From Armatimonadota bacterium (GTDB lineage Bacteria > Armatimonadota > UBA5829 > DTLH01), in the NCBI GenBank assembly GCA_038207085.1, contig JBBRAE010000011.1, positions 20,369 through 84,368 on the forward strand: a stretch of DNA of 64,000 nt, written 5' to 3'. Every line of letters begins with the position of its first letter. Position 1 is the first letter of the stretch. The notes beneath the pieces were generated by a model. That model was not told the origin of the DNA, did no database searches, and saw only the letters and a program-made list of their open reading frames with translations. Shown here in pieces: positions 31,476-38,931 of this stretch. The position numbers were made by a program, and so were the translations under genes.

Positions 31476-33050
31476 TTACAAATTGTGGAACAGGTTAAAG
31501 GCGCTTGCGAAGACCCCGCGAGACATAAGTGCTTCGGAGGTGGTCACAATGACTATTATGAGCGCAAGCGCGATTCCTCTGTAGCGCTTGAGCTTGAAAA
31601 CTCCAAGAACTGAGCCGAGGCCCATAAGATACATCGCGATAAACGGCACCAGCGCGCCCGATATCAGCCTGCCCGCGGCAAAAAACGGGAACTCTCTTGA
31701 AGGCGCAAACCAGTTACCGAAGTCATAGCGCATCGACATAACAATCAGCATTCCGATGGAGGCGAGAAAGGCCACAGCCGAGAGTATGTCGGCAAACATA
31801 ACCATTTTCTCACGTTTCTTGCGATATGACCAGATGCTTACAAGAAACGTAAGCACAAATAACGAAGAGCTGACAGCGTAAAACTTGTCCATTCCGAGGC
31901 TGGCCATCGGTTTTTGCTGCCAAATATACTCACCTCGCCACAGGCTCGCCAGCGTCGCCTGCAGAAAGGCCCCAAACCCACCGGCGGTAAAAACGGGGTG
32001 GTCCCACATCTCCCAAAACGACTTGGTGCGCCATCCGACGGCCTCGGCATATTGCCCGGTCAGGGTGGGCGACCCGCTGAAGTGCATGTTATACGCGAAC
32101 CAGATGACGATTGGCAGCGCCGCAAAGAGCAGAAGAGTCCCCTGTTTCCAGATGACGCTTCGAAGTTCGCCCGCGCGCAAACTCTGGTAGAGCTTCAGTG
32201 CTACGACCGCCCCAAGTATTAACAAAATCGGAGCGTTTGTCAGTTTGGTGAGAAGCGCGCATGCGGCAAAGAGACCTGTAGCTGCGTGGAACAGATGGCT
32301 CCTGGATTTGTCTTTGTAGATCGCGATCAGGTTGTAGAAAGCAGCGCCAAACAGAAGTGCGGAGGGCACGTCGCTTTCGATTCCGTAGTACATGTCCTGC
32401 GGCAGGAAGGCGAGGAGTGCCGGGACTCCGAAGTGGAGGTAGTGGCGCTTGGGGTAGGTGCGCTTCATAAATACGTAAGAAAACCACAGCATTAGCCCGT
32501 AGAACACCACGTTCATCATTCGGATCCAGTACAGGCTCTGAATGCCACTGAGTCCGATCGCTTTACCGAAGTTGTACCACTGTCCCCCGATCAGATAATA
32601 GAACGGCGGTTGCACCGACTCGTGGTTCGCTTGTATCTGGAACTGCCGGTTTACTTCCTGCACGTAAGCCAGTCGCTCGGGATGTTTGAACTTCCAAGCC
32701 GGGGTTTTGATTCTGATTTCTTTTTCAGCATCGTTGACCATCTGGGGCGTGAAGAAGAACTCCCAAGACCCGCTGGTAGAGATTTTTTTGATAGCTTCTT
32801 TGGAGTAAGCTTCGAGTCCGTGCGGAATGTCAAGCTTTGCGTAGCGGCAGACGATGTCGAAATGCGCCTGCTCATCTACATTGTTGAAGAACGGAAACGC
32901 GGCACAAAAGAACAGAACGCGCAGTGTCCCAATCGCGCACAGCATGAGCACAATTGCGAGTTCATACCGGAGCCCAAAGTTAAATAGCACTGCAAATATG
33001 CCTTTGGGCTCCTTCACGACCTGAGTTATCGAAGGCTTGTGGTGTTTCAT
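31476..33050 (-). CDS. GT-C-like membrane protein (DUF2142-like)
   Basis: PFFNNVDEQAH, NHESVQPPFYY, LTK and GRL motifs; multi-TM. Confidence 0.65.
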   Translation of the reverse strand: MKHHKPSITQVVKEPKGIFAVLFNFGLRYELAIVLMLCAIGTLRVLFFCAAFPFFNNVDEQAHFDIVCRYAKLDIPHGLEAYSKEAIKKISTSGSWEFFFTPQMVNDAEKEIRIKTPAWKFKHPERLAYVQEVNRQFQIQANHESVQPPFYYLIGGQWYNFGKAIGLSGIQSLYWIRMMNVVFYGLMLWFSYVFMKRTYPKRHYLHFGVPALLAFLPQDMYYGIESDVPSALLFGAAFYNLIAIYKDKSRSHLFHAATGLFAACALLTKLTNAPILLILGAVVALKLYQSLRAGELRSVIWKQGTLLLFAALPIVIWFAYNMHFSGSPTLTGQYAEAVGWRTKSFWEMWDHPVFTAGGFGAFLQATLASLWRGEYIWQQKPMASLGMDKFYAVSSSLFVLTFLVSIWSYRKKREKMVMFADILSAVAFLASIGMLIVMSMRYDFGNWFAPSREFPFFAAGRLISGALVPFIAMYLMGLGSVLGVFKLKRYRGIALALIIVIVTTSEALMSRGVFASAFNLFHNL

Positions 33051-33068
33051 TTAGGGCTAATCACGGAC

Positions 33069-34670
33069 CTATTCATCTATTCGTTTCAATATTGCAACAG
33101 GAGCGATCCTCGGAGGGTCAATAGGCTCGGTCCGCCAGAGGTGCTCATCGGGAGTTTCTCTATTCTGGAATGGAATATCGGGATAAGGAATGTCTATTTG
33201 GCGGTATTTCCCTGTCTGCAATAGACCGTAGATCATACTGCGAACATCTTGCTCTTGAGATGATATCATGTACCGCCTCATCACTATCCAATCAGCCTCA
33301 CTTGCCGGGGTCAAGTCCTCACCGGTCAGTCCGCCAATGATACGAAGATTCGTATAATACTTTAGTGGAAGATCTTCGTAAGTGACGGTCACGACATCGC
33401 CCTTCTTGGCGTGCTCTTTGAGATACTTAACCGTACCTTCCACTGGTCCGACATAGTCGTGGGTGATCTCATAGACATAGGTGAATATGTCGTTCTTCTG
33501 CCCTTCGCCGCCGTTCATCTTGGCGAGCGGGCTCCAGAGCGCTACTGCAACAAGGGCTGCGATGCCCACGGACCAGTGGATTCTGTCGAGCAAAAGTGCC
33601 GTGATAAGGGATCCGATTGGGAGGATTGGTGCGAGGTATCGGAAAAATGGAGCAGGTGAGGTCGCAGACAGCGTAAATATCATCACAAGTGATGATATTA
33701 TGAGCAATCCAACGCTGCTGGCGATACGCGCATCGACCCTTGGTAGTCGTCCCTGCCGTAACAGACTCCACGCCACAGCAAGCACCGGAAGAACTAGGAG
33801 ATACGGATTGAGAATGTGAGTCCATATCTGGTGTAGGAACACGCCAAAGAAGTCCGCGATGTTGCTGCCGGTTGAGTATCTCTTACCATAGGACATCTGA
33901 GAAAGCCATACAATCCAAGGCAGGTTGATGGCTACCACAGCTCCGCACGAGGTGAGGATGTCTTTAATCCTGTCGCGATGAAATATTAGAGCGTGAATTA
34001 TAAGAGAAAATACAAGCGTGATGCAGTAAAGATAGAACGTCTGAAAGAGCAGCGTTCCAGCGACCACCAGTAGCAACCACGAGCTCCGTTTTCGGTCGAT
34101 GAGCCTCAGATACGCGTGTATCGTCAGTATCGTAAAGAATGCAGCCGGGCTATAGTATCTGCACTGGCGGGCAAGAAGCAGGAAGGGCACCGAAAGCGTC
34201 AACGCCCCTGCGGCGAATAGACCCGCCTTCCAACTACGCCACATCTCAGCCGCGGTGAAATATATCAGCACAATCGTCGCAAGTCCAAAGATCGCAAAAG
34301 GCAGGCGCGCTGCAAGTGTGCTCGACTTGCCAAGGACCAGGAAGAACGGCACGATCACATAAAACTGCAGCCACGTGTGCCATTTCCAGATGTAGTTCTT
34401 GCCGTACTCGGCTCCGGCTTCTTGCGAGAAATAGTTTTGTCCGTCGTAGCCGTGCGGTGTGCCATACTGGAGAATCGTGCGTGCGACAAGCGCGGTCTGT
34501 GCTTCGTCCTGCCAAAGCATCTGTTGGCCGACTTTAGCGAACATCAAGACCGCGGCAATCAGGAACACGGCGAACGCAGCGATTGCATGCTTGGATCGCA
34601 GCCAACCTTTCCATGAGCCGTCCCATCGGGCGATCTCAGGTGTCTGCTTCGCCTGTTTCCTTGATTTCAT
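33069..34670 (-). CDS. ArnT/PMT-family GT-C membrane glycosyltransferase
   Basis: LWQDEAQTA, ARLPFA and RQCRYY motifs; multi-TM; C-terminal soluble domain. Confidence 0.75.
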   Translation of the reverse strand: MKSRKQAKQTPEIARWDGSWKGWLRSKHAIAAFAVFLIAAVLMFAKVGQQMLWQDEAQTALVARTILQYGTPHGYDGQNYFSQEAGAEYGKNYIWKWHTWLQFYVIVPFFLVLGKSSTLAARLPFAIFGLATIVLIYFTAAEMWRSWKAGLFAAGALTLSVPFLLLARQCRYYSPAAFFTILTIHAYLRLIDRKRSSWLLLVVAGTLLFQTFYLYCITLVFSLIIHALIFHRDRIKDILTSCGAVVAINLPWIVWLSQMSYGKRYSTGSNIADFFGVFLHQIWTHILNPYLLVLPVLAVAWSLLRQGRLPRVDARIASSVGLLIISSLVMIFTLSATSPAPFFRYLAPILPIGSLITALLLDRIHWSVGIAALVAVALWSPLAKMNGGEGQKNDIFTYVYEITHDYVGPVEGTVKYLKEHAKKGDVVTVTYEDLPLKYYTNLRIIGGLTGEDLTPASEADWIVMRRYMISSQEQDVRSMIYGLLQTGKYRQIDIPYPDIPFQNRETPDEHLWRTEPIDPPRIAPVAILKRIDE

Positions 34671-36337
34671 TTCGTGTTCCTCTCAGTTGCTTTGATTCGC
34701 TTGTAGATAACGACTTTCGGCTCGCCTGACGGGCTCTTCCACATATGATCGTCGGGGTCCTCGCGGTTCTCAAAGAAGGTGTCGGTGCAGTCGAGTTTGA
34801 TCGGCTGATAGTCCTTCGCGTTGATCTCCGTGGCCAGGAAGTCGAACACAGGCTTTTCATAGGGCCCGACCGGGCGATTTCGGATGATTATCCACTCCGC
34901 GTGCTTCGCATCAGACAGGTCCTCGCCCGTGAGCCCACCGAGTACTCTCAAGTTGGTGTAGTACTTCACTGTGAGGTCTTCATAGGTGATGAGCACGACG
35001 TCTTTTGGATTTGCGTGGGCGTTCAGATACCTTACCACGCCCTCGACAGGACCGTTGTAGTCGTGAGTGATCTCATAGAGATACGTTCCGATGTCGTTTT
35101 TGCGCGTATACTCCTCGGCTCCAACCTGCCGTGCCACCGGGCTCGCGAGGAGCATCACAGCAAAAATGATCGAGGCCGCAACCACGTGTACGCGATCGAG
35201 AATCAGTGCAATAACGACACACGCAAGCGGTATAAGTGGGGCAAGGGTTCGTAGATAGGCAACCGGCGTGCTCATTGCGAAAGCCAGGCATGTGATGACA
35301 GAGAACACAACGAGCAAGATTGTGTAGCTGGTGGCTCTTCTGTCCAGTCGTACCCAGTGCTTCTGCTTCATGAGCCTTGCTACATACACGCCAAACGGGA
35401 TTACTAGTAGGACAGGGTTGAGAACGTGCTTGGCTAGCAAGTTCCCATAAAAGAGATTGGACTCAACGAAATGCTTGAAAGAAGTGTAGTCTCCGTAGGC
35501 GTCGCCCACATCTATGCTCATGAAAAATCGGAGAGGAAGAATATTCGCAACGGTTACCGCAACTGATGCAGCGATAATCTTACTTGCTCTGGCTCGATGA
35601 AAGACAAGGGCGTGAGCAAAGACTGTAGCAAATAGGGCTGCAGCGTAACCGTAGTGAGTGTGCAGGAGTAACAGTGACGAGATCACATATAGCACGAGCG
35701 ACCACCGCTTCCGGTCGAGGTAACGCGCATAGGCATAGAACGCAAGGACAGTGAAGAACATCGCAGGGGCGTAGTATCTGCACTGGCGTGACAACAAGAG
35801 AAATGGTACGCTTGTGGCAAGAAGCAGTCCAGCGAAAACAGCGGCTTTGTGGCTTCTCCACAGAGTGAGCGCCAACAGATAAGTGAATACAACTGTCCCA
35901 AGGCCAAACATAGCAAACGGCAGCCTGGCGGCAAGCGTGGGGTCCTCTACCAGAGCGAGGAACGGCGCTGTGGCATAGAACATTACCCAAGTGTGCCATT
36001 TCCAGATATAGTTCGTGCCATATTCCCTTCCAGCGTCCTGAGAGAAGAAGTTTCTGCCGTCGTAGCCGTGGGGAATGCCTTGGTGCAAGATAGTGCGTGA
36101 GACTAGTGCAGTCTGTGCTTCATCCTGCCAAAGGTAGATGTTTCCGAGGTTAGCGAGCAACAGGATTGATGCAAGGACAGTGATTGCGATCAGTGGCGCG
36201 TAGAACCTGAGCCATCCTCCACGTCCAGGGGCTGGCACGGGCTCGGGTCTCTCAACCCAGGAAGATTTTACGCTGTGAGGACTCTTGTGCTTGTGGCTAG
36301 ACATGACCTTAGCGGGAGCGTTTAGACACTCTCCCAT
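34667..36337 (-). CDS. ArnT/PMT-family GT-C membrane glycosyltransferase (paralog of 33069-34670)
   Basis: LWQDEAQTA, YIWKWHTW, RQCRYY and YEITHDY.GPVEG motifs. The start could be 36304. Confidence 0.75.
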   Translation of the reverse strand: MGECLNAPAKVMSSHKHKSPHSVKSSWVERPEPVPAPGRGGWLRFYAPLIAITVLASILLLANLGNIYLWQDEAQTALVSRTILHQGIPHGYDGRNFFSQDAGREYGTNYIWKWHTWVMFYATAPFLALVEDPTLAARLPFAMFGLGTVVFTYLLALTLWRSHKAAVFAGLLLATSVPFLLLSRQCRYYAPAMFFTVLAFYAYARYLDRKRWSLVLYVISSLLLLHTHYGYAAALFATVFAHALVFHRARASKIIAASVAVTVANILPLRFFMSIDVGDAYGDYTSFKHFVESNLFYGNLLAKHVLNPVLLVIPFGVYVARLMKQKHWVRLDRRATSYTILLVVFSVITCLAFAMSTPVAYLRTLAPLIPLACVVIALILDRVHVVAASIIFAVMLLASPVARQVGAEEYTRKNDIGTYLYEITHDYNGPVEGVVRYLNAHANPKDVVLITYEDLTVKYYTNLRVLGGLTGEDLSDAKHAEWIIIRNRPVGPYEKPVFDFLATEINAKDYQPIKLDCTDTFFENREDPDDHMWKSPSGEPKVVIYKRIKATERNTK

Positions 36338-36397
36338 CCTCCAATAGACACTCGGCGAACGCGCTTTTGGCGCGTGAGATGTTCTTCTTCTGTGAGT

Positions 36398-36426
36398 AAT
36401 CTATCACGAGACTGCCATAACGTCAA
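36398..36426 (-). promoter_or_regulatory. Sigma70-type promoter for the GT-C operon
   Basis: Minus-strand TTGACG, 17-nt spacer ending TGA, then TAGATT (extended -10). Confidence 0.55.
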
Positions 36427-36461
36427 GATGGGTTTGTATTAAATGGTCGGACGTTTGTTCG

Positions 36462-36542
36462 TTAGCCCGCTTTATTCGTGAAGCGAATAAAGCTCTTGCT
36501 AAGAGAGCATCATTCACGCTTCTCGTGAATAATGCGGGTTAG
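36462..36542 (-). mobile_element. MITE/REPIN-like element copy 4, flanked by TTAG direct repeats
   Basis: TTAG-CCCGCTTTATTCGTGAAGCGAATAAAGC...CGTGAATAATGCGGG-TTAG; 81 bp including flanks. Confidence 0.85.
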
Positions 36543-36579
36543 GGTCTGTGCTGTTATAATATTGGCTGAGGTATATGTA

Positions 36580-37317
36580 ATGAGATTGGACAACATTGAG
36601 AACATAGTGCTGAAGCCCGCGAAGCTTGGCAGAGCGGTTGGGGCGGCGTTTCGGGACGTTTGGGACCGCTTGGGCCTGGTAGTTGCGGCGAGCCTGTTTT
36701 GGTCAGTCAGTGTGATAATCCCGCTTGGTCTCGGACTGCTGATTGGGAGCCCTATCACGATCGCACTTGGCGCGATCATTGCCTGGCTTGTAAGCACCCC
36801 GATCCTCGCCGGGGTGCATCGTATGGCTTACAGAATTGCGGCAGGGGAAGACGCCTCGTTTCGGGAGGTGTTGGACGGCGCGCGCGAGCTTGCGAAACCG
36901 AGCTATGGGCTCTCGGCTCTGAACGTTCTTGTCGTAGCCGTGCTTGGGTCGGATTTTATAGTGTATTTCGGCGTAATCGGTGGTTCGCACCTGTCCATTA
37001 CACTTCTGGTCATCGGTCTTATGAGTCTCTATATGTCATCAGGTTGGGCGGTTCTTGCGGCTCAGGGGCCTCTTGGTCAAAGGGGTGGCGCGCTACAGGC
37101 TTTTAAGCGAAGTTGGCTGCTTGTTTTGGGGAGTCCGGGCTTTACAATCGGGCTCTTTGTTGTTATACTCGGGCTTAGCATTCTGTGCGTCGGGACGGCG
37201 ATTGGGATGCTCGTTTTGTATGCCGGTTTCACGGCGATTCTCCACTCTCGCGGACTTCGGGAGCTCTATGTCAGATACGGGGTGATCAACGAGTCTGTCG
37301 AGGTTACTGAACAGTAG
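36580..37317 (+). CDS. Hypothetical multi-pass membrane protein (DUF624/YesL-like)
   Basis: About 6 hydrophobic segments. Start MRLDN after GAGG; TGTTATAAT extended -10 at 36552-36560. Confidence 0.6.
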   Translation: MRLDNIENIVLKPAKLGRAVGAAFRDVWDRLGLVVAASLFWSVSVIIPLGLGLLIGSPITIALGAIIAWLVSTPILAGVHRMAYRIAAGEDASFREVLDGARELAKPSYGLSALNVLVVAVLGSDFIVYFGVIGGSHLSITLLVIGLMSLYMSSGWAVLAAQGPLGQRGGALQAFKRSWLLVLGSPGFTIGLFVVILGLSILCVGTAIGMLVLYAGFTAILHSRGLRELYVRYGVINESVEVTEQ

Positions 37318-38262
37318 ATGGAGTCGTATGCTTTGGATGTAATCTGTCTAGGAATACTCGTGGCCGATGTCGTCGGCAAGCCCGTCGAAAAGCTCCCCGA
37401 GCGGGGCAAGCTCGGGCTCGTCGATCGGATGGAGCTTCACACCGGCGGTTGCGCGGCGAACACCGGGATAGCGCTGGCTAAGATCGGCGTCCGGACGGGG
37501 ATCATCGGAAAAGTTGGAAATGACGGCTTCGGCGACTTTATGGTAAACGCCCTTGAGCGTAATGGGCTCGACTGCGCGGGCGTCGTCCGCGATGACGTGA
37601 CTGCAACCTCGGCTACGATGGTGATGGTCCACGGAGACGGCGAGCGCACGTTTATCCACTATATAGGCGCAAACGCCGCGCTCACCGAGGACGACATAGA
37701 CTTTGATTTTGTGAGCCGCGCCAAGGTGTTGCACGTAGCAGGCTCGTTCCTGATGCCTGGTATCGACGGCGAGCCGACTGCCCGTATTCTAAGAAAAGCC
37801 CGCGAGATGGGCGTGGTCACTGCGCTCGACACCTGCTGGGACTCCAAAGGCCGCTGGATGTCGCTCCTTGCGTCGTGCCTTCCCTACATCGACTATTTTG
37901 TGCCGAGTTTTGAAGAGGCGAAGATGCTGACGGGTTTAGATAACCCCGAGGATGTCGCAAAATCGCTTCTGGACGCGGGCGTCGGGACTGTCGGTCTGAA
38001 GATGGGTGAGGCGGGTTCCTACATCCGAAACGCCGATGTGGAACTGAAAATCCCCCGGTATAACGTAGAAGCAGTGGATGCGAACGGCGCTGGAGACAGC
38101 TTTGTAGCCGGATTCCTGACCGGGATCGTCAACGGTTGGGACCTTGATAAGACCGGCCGCCTCGCAAACGCCGTCGGAGCCTGCTGTGTGACCGCGCTTG
38201 GGGCATCGACGGGAATAAAGAGCTTGGACGAGACGCTGGAGTTTATGGAATCGCAGAGGTGA
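37318..38262 (+). CDS. PfkB/ribokinase-family carbohydrate kinase
   Basis: GGCAANT..ALAKIG, GKVGNDGFG and DANGAGDSF motifs. Confidence 0.93.
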   Translation: MESYALDVICLGILVADVVGKPVEKLPERGKLGLVDRMELHTGGCAANTGIALAKIGVRTGIIGKVGNDGFGDFMVNALERNGLDCAGVVRDDVTATSATMVMVHGDGERTFIHYIGANAALTEDDIDFDFVSRAKVLHVAGSFLMPGIDGEPTARILRKAREMGVVTALDTCWDSKGRWMSLLASCLPYIDYFVPSFEEAKMLTGLDNPEDVAKSLLDAGVGTVGLKMGEAGSYIRNADVELKIPRYNVEAVDANGAGDSFVAGFLTGIVNGWDLDKTGRLANAVGACCVTALGASTGIKSLDETLEFMESQR

Positions 38263-38516
38263 TTTGCGTGGCAGCTTTGAACTATAACGATCATATATCG
38301 CGCAGCCAGAACGTGTGCGGCGGTGAACCTGTGATGAAGGGAACCCGAGTGACGCTGAGGACTGTTCTCGCCAGCCTCGCCGAAGGCGCATCTCCTGATG
38401 AAATCCTGGCTCAGTTTCCAACGCTGCGGTCCGACCACATTCGTGCTGCAGTCGCATTTGCCGCGGCATCTGCTCAAGAGGATTTGCCACTCCCGATCAT
38501 TCCTCGTGCGGTATGA
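38259..38516 (+). CDS. DUF433-family antitoxin
   Basis: VCGGEPVMKGTRV...EILAQFPTL..DHIRAAVAFAA. Confidence 0.9.
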   Translation: MICVAALNYNDHISRSQNVCGGEPVMKGTRVTLRTVLASLAEGASPDEILAQFPTLRSDHIRAAVAFAAASAQEDLPLPIIPRAV

Positions 38517-38881
38517 TAATTAAACTCGACGAGAATCTGCCAATTGCAGTTGCGGCCCAGTTGACTAATCTCGGGCACGATGTGGACACAGTTCAAGATG
38601 AGGGATTGCAGGGATATGACGATGATGCCGTATGGCTGGGCGCCCAGCGAGATGGACGGTTCTTGATTACTCAGGACTTGGATTTTTCCGATCTGCGGCG
38701 TTACGTATTCAGCGAGCACTGTGGCCTGATGATCGTGCGTTTGCACGAGACTGGTCTGAATGCGCTCTCAGCGAGGATATCGGATGTGTTTCAGTCCTCG
38801 GAGCAGTTCGATTGGGCAAATTCACTGGTTATCGTAACTGATCACAAAATCCGCGTTCGGCGGGTTCAACTTAATGGTTGA
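38513..38881 (+). CDS. DUF5615-family PIN-like toxin
   Basis: KLDENLP, GHDV, DDAVW and FLITQDLDF motifs; overlaps the antitoxin stop (ATGA). Confidence 0.88.
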   Translation: MIIKLDENLPIAVAAQLTNLGHDVDTVQDEGLQGYDDDAVWLGAQRDGRFLITQDLDFSDLRRYVFSEHCGLMIVRLHETGLNALSARISDVFQSSEQFDWANSLVIVTDHKIRVRRVQLNG

Positions 38882-38931
38882 AGGAGACTTAACGGGTCAG
38901 ATGCTGGTTTGGCTCGTGATGACTATCCATC

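Noticed and set aside
36532..36579. ORF-track start of the membrane protein inside the repeat element
   Set aside because: That ATG lies within the element end. The ATG at 36580 has an RBS and lies downstream of the -10 box.
38882..38931. T-box leader for alaS
   Set aside because: The gap is only 50 bp and has no T-box motif.
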